The translations under genes and the position numbers were made by a program. A stretch of DNA of 64,000 nt from Candidatus Deferrimicrobiaceae bacterium (GTDB taxonomy: Bacteria; Desulfobacterota; Deferrimicrobia; Deferrimicrobiales; Deferrimicrobiaceae), in contig CAVRXE010000004.1 of the NCBI GenBank assembly GCA_963725055.1, positions 7,808-71,807 of the forward strand, in the 5' to 3' direction. Shown piece after piece: positions 38,741 to 49,963 of the stretch. Each line of letters begins with the position of its first letter. The stretch's first letter is position 1. The notes beneath the pieces were generated by a model. That model saw only the letters and a list, made by a program, of their open reading frames with translations, was not told the origin of the DNA and made no database searches.

Positions 38741-40075
38741 TCAGGGAACCTTTACTCCGGATTTCCCGTCCCAGCCCGGAGGCGGACATTGCGAGGGGAC
38801 GTCCGGATTCCACCGGAAAACGACACCCTCGTCCTCGAGCATTTTTATTTCTTCCTCCGGCAGTCCCAACATTTTCCCGAGTACGTACCGGTTATCGAAC
38901 CCCAACGGCCGGCAACTCCACTTCACCCTGCCGGGGGTCTCGCTCATCACGGGGGGGTAGCACTGCTGCACCATGTTTCCGTAGAGGGGGTCCTCGTATT
39001 CCTGGATGGCGCCGCGCTCCCGGGAGTGGTCGCTGCGATAGACATCCTTCGCTTCCAGTACCCGGGACGCGGCGAACCCGTGCTTGCAGGCAAGCGACTC
39101 CACTTCCTCCACGCGACGGCATACGGCCCAGACGGCGATCCGATCGAGCAGTTCCCTGGCGTTCCCGTCCCGCAACCGCTCCAGGGGATCACGATACTTT
39201 TCATACAGGTCCATCTGCGCCATCGCCTCGCAAAGACCGCGAAACTCCGCCTCGCTGAACGCCGCGAGCGCCACCCTCCCGTCGAGACAGTCGAACAGGT
39301 CCGACGGGCAGATCGCCAGGTCCCGGTTCCCCGACCGCTTCCTGTCTTCACCCGTCTTGAACGAGTAGAGCCAGGTCCAGTCGAGCAGCCGGATGACGTT
39401 CTCCACCTGGAGATAGTCGATGAACTGTCCCTCGCCTGTCCTTTCCCTGTAGTTCAACGCGGACAGGATCGCGTTGGCGCACATGAGGCCGGTGATCCAG
39501 TCGGCGATCCAGACCCCCGACTTGATCGGGCCGCGGTCCTCGAAGCCCGTGATCGATGCCAGGGCGCCCATGCTCTGGGCCACGGCGTCGTAGGATGTTC
39601 TCCCCGTCCACGGCCCCCAGCTCCCGTAACCGGAGACGTGCAGCTGGATGATCTTCGGATTCACTTCCCGCAGGGCCCTGTAGTCCAGACCCCACTCCGC
39701 CATTCTCCCGGGGGTCAGGTTGTCGACGACCACGTCCGATTTCTTCACGAGCTCCAGGAACAACGCCCTGGCCTTGGGGTTCCCCACGTGCATCCCCACC
39801 CAGTATTTATTATGATTCTCGATTTCCAGTCCCGGGGACATCCCCTTCCAGAAATAGGCATAGGGGGTCACGTACCGCATCTGGTCCCCCTTCCGCCCCT
39901 CGAACTTGATCACCTCCGCGCCGAATTCCGCCAGGTAGTCGCACGTGGCGGGCCCCAGAACCACGGAGCAGACCTCCAGAACCCGCACGCCTTTCAGCGG
40001 CTCCGGCTTGTCGAAGAGTTTTTCCTTGTCGAACAGCTCGCCAATGATATCCGTTCGCGACGCTTCCTTGGCCAT
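38741..40075 (-). CDS. family III (CaiB/BaiF) CoA-transferase, subunit/paralogue 1
   Basis: 444 aa: [30 protein letters not shown]...[23 protein letters not shown]...[13 protein letters not shown]. The start codon lies 4 nt from the polypurine tract (minus-strand sense). Confidence 0.85.
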   Translation of the reverse strand: MAKEASRTDIIGELFDKEKLFDKPEPLKGVRVLEVCSVVLGPATCDYLAEFGAEVIKFEGRKGDQMRYVTPYAYFWKGMSPGLEIENHNKYWVGMHVGNPKARALFLELVKKSDVVVDNLTPGRMAEWGLDYRALREVNPKIIQLHVSGYGSWGPWTGRTSYDAVAQSMGALASITGFEDRGPIKSGVWIADWITGLMCANAILSALNYRERTGEGQFIDYLQVENVIRLLDWTWLYSFKTGEDRKRSGNRDLAICPSDLFDCLDGRVALAAFSEAEFRGLCEAMAQMDLYEKYRDPLERLRDGNARELLDRIAVWAVCRRVEEVESLACKHGFAASRVLEAKDVYRSDHSRERGAIQEYEDPLYGNMVQQCYPPVMSETPGRVKWSCRPLGFDNRYVLGKMLGLPEEEIKMLEDEGVVFRWNPDVPSQCPPPGWDGKSGVKVP

Positions 40076-40079
40076 TCGG

Positions 40080-40330
40080 CCTTCCCTCCTCCCTTGTCCC
40101 TCTTCCCCTTCCTCTCCCCCTCCTCCCTCCTCTCTCCTCCCCCCCCCCCCCCCCCCCTCCTTCTCCCCCCTCCCTCCTTCCCCTACTCACCCCCTCCCTC
40201 CCCCCCCTCCTCCCCCCTCCCCCCCCCTCCCCCCCCCTCTCTCCCCCCCCCCCCCCCCCCCCTCCCCCCCCTTCTTCCCCCCCCCCCCCTCCCCCTTCCC
40301 TCCCTCCCCCCTCCTCCCTCCCCCCCCCCC
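40080..40330. repeat. 251-nt polypyrimidine (plus strand) / polypurine (minus strand) low-complexity tract
   Basis: Only three purines in 251 nt (g40096, a40185, a40189). C runs of 19 nt (40139-40157) and 20 nt (40243-40262) are interspersed with CT/CCT/CCCT units. Confidence 0.95.
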
Positions 40331-40386
40331 ATCGGGGACGTTCCACTGGAAGTTCTTCCGGATCTCCTTGTAATGGTCGATGCCGT

Positions 40387-41465
40387 TCAAGCCAACCCTC
40401 CCCCTCGTGAATTGCGGAAACGACGCGGTACTGCAGGAATGCCCTCACTTCGACGGTTCCTTCGGCGGATCGTCACCACTCCCTGCTTCGAGAACTTCAC
40501 GAGCTTTCCGACGCTGTTCACGGTAATCGCCGTGAAGGGAAGACGGTCCTCGCGCTGGCTTCCCTTGAAGGTGGCTCCGTCGTCATCGCTCTCGAGAAAA
40601 ACGCCGTCCAGCGCCGCCGCGTACACCTTTCCCCCGGCCTCCGCGAAATCGGTGATCGACGATCTTCAACCCCGACTTCGCCTCCCGCCACGACCGCCCG
40701 TCGTCGGTGCTCCGGTAGATCGTCCCCGGAGACCACCCACCAGGAGGGTCCCGTTGTTCAGGGCGATCCCGGTCCAGAAGGATCCCTTGTACCCCGTGTC
40801 GACGTAGGACCAGTTCTCGCCGTCGTACGATTCAGAATCGTCCCCTGCTCCGCCGCCACGAAAAGGGTCCCCTTGCTGTTCGCGAAGATCTTGAGCAGGT
40901 TGCGGTCCGCTTTTCCCGCCCGGGCGGGGTCGGCAGATTGATCTCGGTCCAGGTCTTCCCCCCGTCCGGTTGAGATCAGCAGGGACCAGAGCCCGACCGC
41001 ATAGCCGCGCTCCTGTCCTTGAAGCAGACCGAGAAGAGCGGCTGGTCCACCGCTGTGTCGGTGCGCTGGAGCGTCCAGTTCTCGCCCGCGTCGTCGGTCC
41101 GCAGAACCACGCCCCAATGCCCCACCGCCCACCCGTTTTGTCGTCGACGAAGCAGACCGCCGTCAGCGTGGAGCGCACCGGCACCGACTTCGCCTGCCGG
41201 AAATCGGCGCCGTCGTTGTCGGAGAGCAGCACGATGCCGTGATCCCCGACGGCGACGATCCGTTTCCCGCCCGGGCCGAGGCGAGCATCATCGCCTTGGT
41301 CGCCGCCGTGGTGGCCTCCGCCGGCTGAAACTTCAGGGAGACGGGTGCGGCACCCGTGCCCGGGCGGGGGAGGGCACCCTCCGGGCACCGGCCGAGCAGG
41401 CGAGGCCCGGAGAGCGCCAGGCTGTAAGAACCCCTGGATGCCTGCCCGGTAGACGTTTTTCCTCA
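40387..41465 (-). pseudogene. BNR/Ycf48-like beta-propeller protein, multiple frame disruptions
   Basis: MRKNVYRAG... then RIVAVGDHGIVLLSDNDGADFRQAKSVPVRSTLTAVCFVDDKTG, GYAVGLWSLLISTGRGEDL, NWSYVDTGYKGSFWTGIALNNGTLLVGGLRG and AAALDGVFLESDDDGATFKG, scattered over all three minus-strand frames. The 3' end is approximate. Confidence 0.65.
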
Positions 41466-41491
41466 TTCGGTCCTCTCCGTTGTCTCTTTCG

Positions 41492-43871
41492 TCATTCTGG
41501 GTGGGGTGGCTCAGGAGCTCGGAAACATACACGGGGCTCTTCCGCGGGAAGAGCCTTTCCAAAACCACGGCCAGCGCCGGCAGAGCGGTCATCGCCATGA
41601 TCAGGTTCACGATGAACATGAACGCCAGGAGCTTCGCCCATGTCCGCCTGGAACTTGAGCGGCGAGAACGACCAGGTGACCACACCGACTGCCAGGGTGA
41701 TCGCCGTGAAGATGGTCGCCATCGCCTCGAAGGGAGCGCATGCTCCATCGCCTGTGAAGATCGGATAACCCCTGGCCAGGTGAAGCTGCAGTCGGTTATA
41801 GATGTAAAAGGCATAATCCACGCCGATCCCACGGCCAGCACCATCACGGGGAGGGTGGCGACCGTGAGCCCAATCTTCAGCTCCTTCATGAACCAGTAGC
41901 CGATGAACGTGCCGACGGTCAGCGGCAGACAGCAGGCGATCATGGCCCGCAAATCCCGGTAGGCGAGGAAGACCAGGAGGAGGATGGCGGCATATACGGA
42001 GAGCATCATCGGGAAACTCGCTCTTCTCCACCTCGTCGTCGATCGCCGCCAGCACCCCCGCGTTGCCCGCCGCCAGCCGTATCTTGACCCCTTCCAGATC
42101 GTGCGTCTTCGAAACTCCTTGACGGCCTTGATCACGCCGTTGATCGTCGTTGCCTTGTGGTCGGTCAGGTAGAAATGGGCGGCCACCATGGTGCAGTCCT
42201 TGTTCATGTACCCGCGAAGCCGGCCGATTTCCGTGTTGAGCGCCCCGTAGTTCCCGGGATCGATCGGCACGACCGACATCTTCGGGTTCCCTTCGTTATA
42301 ACCTTCGTTATAGATGCGAAGCTGGTTGGAGTAGGAGTCGATGGACATCACGCCCGGCACGTGTCGCCATGTGCCAGGTGAAATCATCCACGAAAGCGCC
42401 GAGCGCCGACATTGCCGGTCCGAGTCGGGGGGCGATTCGAAGACCACCGTCAGCCAGTCGAGGCCCATGTCGTAGTTCTGGCGATGGCGACCGCGTCGCG
42501 GTTGAAGCGGGCTTCGGGCCGCAACTCGGGGGCCCCCGGCTGCAGGGTGCCGATCACCCGGTCGCGGCTCTGCCACACCGCCACCGCGAAGATCGCCGCG
42601 GTGATCGATCAGCACGATGAGCGGAGTTCCTCGGCTCGGCCACCGCGGCCAAGCGCGCGCAGCCAGCGGGAGCGGTGCTCCCGCTTGAGCATCGCCTTGT
42701 CCGCATATTCTTTCGTGAATTGAAAGCAGGAAGCCGCCACAGGGAGCATGACCAGGTTGGTGAAGATCTTGTAGCCGACCCCGATGGAGGCCGTTACCGC
42801 CAGTTCGCGCACCATGGGGATGGGGATCCGGACCAGGGTGATGAACGAGACAAAAGCGGTGATGAGCGCGAGCGTGCCGGGGATCGAGGAGCCCGGTGAA
42901 GCTGTGCCGCGCCGCCTCCTCGTGCTCTTCCCGTGGGAGAGCTCGCGGACGATGAAATTGATCTGCTGGACCCCATGGGAGACGCCGATGGCAAAGACCA
43001 GGAAGGGGACCAGCACCCCCAGCGGGTCGAGCCCGTAACCGAGCAGGCGCAGGGTGCCGAACTGCCAGACCAGCGAGGTCAGGGAGCAGACGATGGGCAG
43101 AATCGTGAAGCGCACGGAGTGGCAGTACCAGTAAACGGCCAGCGCCGTGAGCAAGGAGCGCGATGGCGCAGAAGCCGAGCACGCCTCGAGGCGCCGTCGG
43201 CGATGTCGCCGATCTGTTTGGCAAAGCCGATGATCTGGATCTCGAACTTCGCGTCTTCGAACTTCTTCCGGAGTTCCTCCAGCAGCCGGTTGTAGGCGAC
43301 GTAGTCGAGCTTCTTGCCGTCGCGGTCGAACTCGCTCAGTTCCGCCGTGATCATGGCGCTGGTCTGGTCGCGCGACACGAGGGTGCCGACGAAGCCGCCC
43401 TGGCTCGTGGCGCGCTCGATATTGGCAATAATCTCCGGAGTCAGCTGCTCGGGGGTGATCGTGCCGGAATCGATGACGGATCGGCCCGGAACCCCTCCTC
43501 GGTGATTTCATTCACATAGCTGTTGGGGGTCCAGAGGGACTGAACCCCCAGCCGGTCGACATTGGGCAGGAAATGCACGGCCTGGGTGACATCGTAGAGC
43601 CGGGTGAGCGCCTCTTTGTTCCAGATTGTCCCCTTCCTGCGCCTTGACGACGACGTTCAGCCGGTTGGCGCCGAACAGATCGTCGCGATATTTCTGAAAG
43701 GTCTGGACGTACTCATGGCCGATCGGCAACTGCTTCTCGAAGCCGGCGGACATCCGCAGCTGGAGCGCGAATACGGCCATGATCGCAGTGAAGACCCCGA
43801 TCGCGCCCAAGGTCAGCCAGCGATTGCCGAAGAAGAATTCCTCCAGATTGTGCTACGAGATTGTTCAACAC
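41492..43871 (-). pseudogene. RND/MMPL-superfamily transporter, many frame disruptions
   Basis: NLEEFFFGNRWLTLGAIGVFTAIMAVFALQLRMSAGFEKQLPIGHEYVQTFQKYRDDLFGANRLNVVVKA, ...TAELSEFDRDGKKLDYVAYNRLLEELRKKFEDAKFEIQIIGFAKQIGDIADG, TM-rich stretches (LVPFLVFAIGVSHGVQQINF...) and LLAFMFIVNLIMAMTALPALAVVLERLFP in different frames. The ends are approximate. Confidence 0.7.
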
Positions 43872-43981
43872 GCAATTCTTTTCCTCTACCCGGGAGTTCG
43901 GGCCAAGTCCGCACTCCGGTGTAGCTCTAGTGGTTATTGTCGCGGTCCGGCGCCTCGATTGAGGCGCGACCCGTGCCGGTG

Positions 43982-45709
43982 TCAGAAGTTGCGGGTCACG
44001 AACCCGCCGATGAAATCACGGTCGCCCAGCGGCTGGCGGAGCTGTTTCCGCCGAAGTAGTTCGCGTAGTTGATCCCCGCCTGCCATTTGGCCGGGTTCAT
44101 GTTGAAAAGGATATAGGTGTTGACCGATTTGGCGCCTTCCAGGTAGTTGGCAACGAGAGTCGGCGTATTCCCGCCACGGAATGGAAGAATGTCACGCCGG
44201 GGATGACCTGCCAGCCGGGGATGATCTTGCCGTCGTATACCGAGTTGAAATCGACGGTATAGCCGAGCGAGTTCGTGTCCCCGTCCCGGCGGTGCCGAGG
44301 ATAAGACCCGCGGTAGCCCGAGGTCTGCCGCTGAAGAGCTCGTTCTTCCAGAACCAATAGCCGGCCGCGGGAGCCTGCGTTACGTTTTGCCCGCCGATCG
44401 TCCGGTCGTAGCGCTGCTGCAGGTAAGGGTAGCAGATGTCCACGGCTTCAGCGGTCACGTGGCGGCATTCGCACCCAGGAGGTCGAGAAACCAGCCATGA
44501 TCGCCGGGGGTAAGGGTGAGAATTCCCGTCAGGTGAAACTGGAACTTCTGCTGGTCGATCCACCCGGGCAATCGACCCCGACGGCGGTCGTTGGAGATGC
44601 AATCCAGCGGTCCCCCCTGGCCGAAGCAGCCGGTCAGGGCGACCGCGTCCTTGGGACGGTAGGACAGCTCCCAGCCGACGGCCCAGTTACCCACCGGGAA
44701 ATTCGCGCTGACGCCGTAGAGCTGGCGATTCTCCAGAAACGTCCACTGGGCCTGGCCGACTGGCCAGCAAATTCAGCACCGGCAACTTGTCATGGTAGTT
44801 CATGAAGAAGAGCCCGAGATCCAGCGGCGATTCCTTCCGGCTTGTAGTGCAGGGCAACGCCGAACTGCCCGCTGTTTTTCGGCTCTTGTCGTTCGAGAAA
44901 GGGCATCGGGATGGAGTTGGCCGTGGAGGATCGGGATATTGGATCCAGTACCGCCGAAGATCACGAAGTTCGTTGGGGTTGGGATGCCAGTGTAAGGAAC
45001 AGAGGAATCCTCCCCTTGTCAAAATGTCCGCCGACGGAAAAGTAGGTGCCGACCGGCGGCACACGGCTCCTGTTCCACATCGACCTGGTAGTAGGCCTCG
45101 ATGTTGAAGCCCTTGCCCAGCCCGCTCGGGACGCTGACATCGGCGCGGGTATCACGGCCTCTTTGAGTTGCGTGCCGGGGACGAGGAGCTTCTGGATATC
45201 GAGCGCGTTGGTGAGTTGATGCCGCCGATGCGCGAAGATGCTCTCGCCCCAGCTGATCACCTGATTCCCCACCCGGACCCGGGCGCTCTGGTCGCCGATG
45301 GTGAACTCCTTGCTACCCAGAGATCCAGCAGCGGTAGATCCCGGGCAGCCTGGCCTTTGGCTCCTTCGCGAGTGGTGTCCGCGGCCGTCTCCGTTGCCAT
45401 GAAGTCGTAGAGAAGGTGCCGCGCGCCATGAACTTGTACGATGAGGGGAACTGCAACAGCAGTTCGGGGGTGAGCTTCAGGTAGGTGGCGTAGGCTCGCC
45501 CTTCCGGTAGTTCAGGTTGCCATCGTCGCCATTTGACCATTGGGCGGTATTCGCGTTGGGGTGTAAAATTCGGGTCGCCCACCAGGCTTGCGGCTCGGAT
45601 TGACGACGCGGATTCCATAGCCGACGGTCGCCTGCGTATCGAGCGATCCCTTGATCGAATCGGTTACATTAAACTGGAACGCATGGGCGGCGTCGCACCG
45701 CGCCGCCAT
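43982..45709 (-). pseudogene. DUF1302-family outer-membrane protein, many frame disruptions
   Basis: AHAFQFNVTDSIKGSLDTQATVGYGIRV, GNQVISWGESIFA...NALDIQKLLVPGTQLKEAVIPAPM, GNWAVGWELSYRPKD, and the C-terminus PLGDRDFIGGFVTRNF-stop (TGA at 43982-43984). No clean signal peptide is recoverable. Confidence 0.65.
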
Positions 45710-45797
45710 GACCGCACATCATGAATACCTCTGAAATCTCATCGGATTACCCCTCTTTGATTAACAAGCGGCTGCTCACGTCGCAGCGGCTCCCCTG

Positions 45798-47176
45798 TCA
45801 CCGCTCGCTGATTACCGCAAGGTCTATTCCGCCGTGTAGTAATCCGTCCTTGAAGCGCGATCGTTCGCTCCTCGGGATACCACCTGAATCCTTGCCCGAG
45901 GCCAACGGCGACTGGTCCGGACATAGCGGCCGCTGATCAGGTCGTATTGCACGAATGGTTAGAGGTCGAAAGTCCCGCCCAGTTCCCAGACGGGATGGGG
46001 AATCCTTCCGCGACCTTCCAGAGCTTCCCTTGGCGTCGTAGTCATCCGCCACCAGCGCCAAGCCAGCTGTCCTCGTCGATATAGAAGATCCTCTTCGGCG
46101 AGAGTGCCGCATCCCCTTCTTCACGGTCGCCTCCACCACCCAGACGCGGTGCAGCTCGTAGCGGCGGTAATCGGGCTCAGGAATTTCGGCAGGAGCACGT
46201 CGTGCAGCTTGGCATTGAAGTTATACATCCCGAAGGAGTTGTACGGGACGTACATTTCCTTCTTCCCGACGAGCTTCCAGTCGAACCGGTCCAGATTGCC
46301 GTTGAATATCCAGGGCTGATCGAGGGTGTACTGGTTTTCAAAGCCGATCTGCGGTGAATCGTAGGCATAGGAAGGCATCCGCCGGACCCGGCGCTGGCCG
46401 GGGAAGTAATAGCTGGTTTCGTTCGGCCCTTGCCGAAGTAGTAGGTCTGAACAATCGCCTGCCCGGCGAGAGCGGGCGGTGACTCATAGGCAAAGTAGAT
46501 GCTGTAGATGGGTCATTCACCTGGGCGGGAGTGGTTGCCCCCTTTTTCCCCCAGGGAAGAAGACGGTCTGGGGGCCGTGGGTTTCTATCCATTCCGTGCT
46601 CCCCGGTCGCGGCGAGGCGACCGTGTGGGTATCCGGCCATTCGACACCCATGCCCCGGTAGCGGGTCATGGAAATTCCACATGGCTTCCGACCCGTTTTT
46701 CGGGATGGGAAACGGAATGCCGGGGAGAAAGGCCGTCTTTCAGCGACCAGCCATCCGCGCCGAGTTTGGCGCTTGTCGCATTCTTTCTGGTGTTCGCCTC
46801 GATCGAAATCCGGGAAGCCGGCGTTGCGGTGGGTGGGGTACACGTCCATCTTGTACCCTTTGGTCTGCTTGATGAACTGCACCTGACCCGGACTCAACTT
46901 GTCCTGGTACTTGTCGACATTGGAGGCGTCGATGGAGAACAGCGGCTTTTCGGCCTTGTATTTCGAGTAATCGCCGCGGTACTTGCCATAGGACCACCCC
47001 GCCACGGGACGTCCTTCCCTTCCCAGGCGGGGATCGTTCCTTCCTTGTTCCCCCCCTTTTCCGCCCCCGCGTAGTTCAGCTCTTTCCCCAACCGGGCCAC
47101 ATCCTGGGGCGAAGCACCCCATGCCGTTCCTGCTGCTGCCACGATGAGCGTGATCACAACCAAATCCTCTCATCAT
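45798..47176 (-). pseudogene. DUF1329-family (LolA-like) periplasmic/lipoprotein, many frame disruptions
   Basis: GGAGGAG then ATGATG at 47171-47176. The text includes VVITLIVAAAGTAWGASPQDVARLGKELNYAGAEKGGNKEGTIPAWEGK, KYRGDYSKYKAEKPLFSIDASNVDKYQDKLSPGQVQFIKQTKGYKMDVYPTHRNAGFPDF, and FENQYTLDQPWIFNGNLDRFDWKLVGKKEMYVPYNSF. The 3' end is uncertain (45739-45826). Confidence 0.65.
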
Positions 47177-47482
47177 CTCCTCCCCTCCACCGTAAGGATT
47201 GCTTTCCGATGCATAGAAACCAACGGCACACCGACCAAATTCTGAATGCTTGTCATCAGGCAAAACGGCATCATGAACAAAATCAGCAAACTTCGTTCCA
47301 ATGTTGTACCATGATCACAACTAAACGCAAAATATATCAATAAGTCACTGTTTTATAATATAAATACTGTTTATAAAACGATAAGTCATGCTATTTTCCG
47401 GCTCTATCCTTCCTGCTAATTCCCTAAATTGAGACGAAGTTCTGTAACGCTGTCTCAAATTCGATCAGTCCCATCCCGCTTA

Positions 47483-48220
47483 TCACCCGTACTGCTCCCT
47501 CAATATTTCCCTCAGGGTGTCCAGATCAGCGTCGGGGAACTCTTTGAGCAGGCATGCGATCGCGCCCGAGACCCGCGCGGCGGCAAAACTGTTTCCGCGG
47601 AAATTCCTCTCCCGTGGGAGACCCGGCAGGGAGCGGGGAAACGGGGAAGCAAGACACTCGCACGGATTGTCCGGGCGGTACAGCAACTGATCCTCCCTGA
47701 GCCGGCCGTCTCCCTTCACGCCGATGACCGAATCGTAGGAGGCCGGAACGCTTGCCCCCTTCGACCCGTTCCGCGCGGCCGCCACCAGGATGATCCCTGC
47801 CCTCGCCGCATCGCGGCACAGGGCGCGCAGGGTAGGGGCGTTCGGCGCCGCCGCCATCCCCAGGCTGAGATTCACCACCCGCGCCCCCGCCTGCAGAGCA
47901 TAGGACAACGCCCCCTCCAGAACGTCCGGTGTCGTGGCGAGGGCGCCGTTGAAGACCTTGAGGGCGAAGAGATCGGTTTCCGGCGCCACGTGACGGATCA
48001 CCGCGGCGATGGCCGTTCCGTGACCGGACGTGTCCTGATAGTCCGGCCCCCGATGGACCGCGCCGTCCTCGCCGCGATAGATCCTGGCCCCGTCGATCCT
48101 CCCTCCGACGTGGGAGTGCCGCGGGTTGACGCCCGAGTCGACGACGACGACGCGGACTCCTTTCCCTGCGGGAGTCCCGGAAGGGCGGGCGCCCCAGGGG
48201 ATCGCGCGCCTTCTACGCAT
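47483..48220 (-). CDS. qhpE: subtilisin-like (S8) serine protease, QhpE-type leader peptidase
   Basis: Uninterrupted frame. The triad context is VVVVDSGVN (Asp), SGHGTAIAAVI (His) and GNSFAAARVSG (Ser). It is small, has no signal peptide, and its ATG at 48220 overlaps the qhpF stop by 8 nt. Confidence 0.8.
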   Translation of the reverse strand: MRRRRAIPWGARPSGTPAGKGVRVVVVDSGVNPRHSHVGGRIDGARIYRGEDGAVHRGPDYQDTSGHGTAIAAVIRHVAPETDLFALKVFNGALATTPDVLEGALSYALQAGARVVNLSLGMAAAPNAPTLRALCRDAARAGIILVAAARNGSKGASVPASYDSVIGVKGDGRLREDQLLYRPDNPCECLASPFPRSLPGLPRERNFRGNSFAAARVSGAIACLLKEFPDADLDTLREILREQYG

Positions 48221-49955
48221 GGCTTCCCTCCGGATCCCGCGCGCCGTCGGCGCAGACGCGAAGGAACGATTTGTACGCACCCCGCTGTTGCATCAGTTCC
48301 TCATGGGTTCCCAGGTGACTGACCCGCCCGTCCGAAAGGACCACGATCCGATCCGCATCCCGGACAGCGTGGATCCGGTGGGTCACGATCAGGGTCGTCT
48401 TCCCCTCCATCGTCTCCTTGATCGCGCACCGGATGCGATCTTCCGAGAGGAGGTCGAGGAAGGAGGTCGCCTCGTCGAGAATGAGAATCTCCTGGTTCGT
48501 GCAGGAACGCCCGGGCAAGTGCCACCCGCTGCCGCTGCCCCGCGGAAAGGGACAAGCCCCGCTCGCCGGCGACGGTCGAAAGACCGCGCGGCAGGGAGCG
48601 GACGAACTCCGTCAAGTTGGCCTTGGCGATGGCATCCGCGATCCGCGCGGGGTCGGCTTCGGGCGTTCCGTACCGGATGTTCTCCTCGAGGGTGCCATGG
48701 AAGAGGTACGGTTCGGTGGAGACCAGTGCGATCCGCCGCCGGAGCGTCGCGCGGCGAGCGCGTCCCAGGGGGACCCCGTCGAGCCGGATCTCCCCGCCTT
48801 GCGGCTCGTAGTAGCGGAGGAGCAGGTCCACGAGGGTCGATTTCCCGACGCCGCTCTCCCCGACGAGCGCCACCGTCCTGCCCGCGGGGAGGGTCAGCGA
48901 CATGCCGTCGAGGACACGGGCCTCGCCGCCGTAGGCGAAGACCACGCCGTCAAAGACGATCCCTTCCTTCAGGGAGACGAACTCTTCCGCTCCTTCAGGG
49001 TCGTCCTCCGCGGGGACGTCGAAAAACTCGAATACGCGCGTAAGCGATGCCCTTCCTTTCCGCAACGCCGCGTACTGGCCGAGGAGGTTCTGGATCGGCG
49101 CGATCACTTGCATCTGGAAGGCGGCGAACGCCACAAGCGTCCCCACGGAGATCGCGCCGTCCCGGACCAACCGTGCCGCCGTAGAGGAAGGCGAGCGTGG
49201 CGGAGCACCCCAGCACGAACGAGGGGATCCCGCGGGACAGGGAGAAGATCGTCTGGAATCGGAGGACGGAGCGCACCAGCGACTGGTTCTCTTCCCTCGA
49301 ACCTCCGCAGTCGGTGGCATTCCGTGGCGCTGGACCGCACCAGTCGGATTCCCGTGAAGGTGTCGATGATGCGGGTCCCCACCGCCGCGTTCTTTTCCCG
49401 GATCTCGCGGCTCATACCCGTGATCACGTTGCGGGTCAACCAGAGGCCAAGCACGCCCAACGGGGACGAGGACATTGCTCACGAGAAAGAGAGACCAGGA
49501 CATGGCGACGAGGATGGCGGAGGCGACGACGAGCCGGACGGAACTGGTGACGAACGCCATCGGGACGTCCACGAGAATCCCCGGACCTCCACCATGTCGT
49601 TGTTGAGCCGCGCGACGATCTCCCCCACCCGCGTCCTCCCGAAGAAGCGCATCTCGGCGCGCTCCAGATGATCGAAGAGGGCGACGCGCATGGCGACGAG
49701 GATCTTCGACGCCCCACGCGTGTAGAGATAGCTGCTGACGCCGCCGAGGACCATCCCCGCGGCGGCGTAAAGAACCATGGTGAGGAGAAGGGGGCAGAGC
49801 GCCGCCCAGTTCCCGCGGAGGATGACGTCGTCCACCAGCCTCTTCGACAGGAACGGGGCGTACAGGGAAGCCGCCGTCGCGAGAAGGGAAAGGGCAAACG
49901 TCGCGGCGAGAATCCCCCTGTGCCGGGTACGACTAATCTCCACAAAGTATGCCAT
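48213..49955 (-). pseudogene. qhpF: ABC exporter (fused permease-ATPase), QhpF-type, about 4-5 frame disruptions
   Basis: N-terminal TM region MAYFVEISRTRHRGILAATFALSLLATAASLYAPFLSKRLVDD.... The NBD has VALVGESGVGKSTL, LSAGQRQRVALARAF, ILILDEATSFLD and TLIVTHR. Confidence 0.8.
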
Positions 49956-49963
49956 CCGCCTTG

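Noticed and set aside
39810-40448. Gly/Glu/Arg-rich and Pro/Ser-rich ORFs spanning the polypyrimidine tract (39810-40448 -, 39945-40373 +, 40187-40390 -).
   Set aside because: They are simply translations of the low-complexity tract in different frames and not credible proteins. Only the first 20 codons of 40187-40390 (before the tract) look protein-like, and those are discussed as a finding.
40080-47482. Calling the tract-to-spacer block (BNR, RND, DUF1302, DUF1329) a mobile genomic island.
   Set aside because: I found no integrase, transposase, tRNA attachment site, or flanking direct or inverted repeats. The boundaries are better explained as a low-complexity tract and a promoter region.
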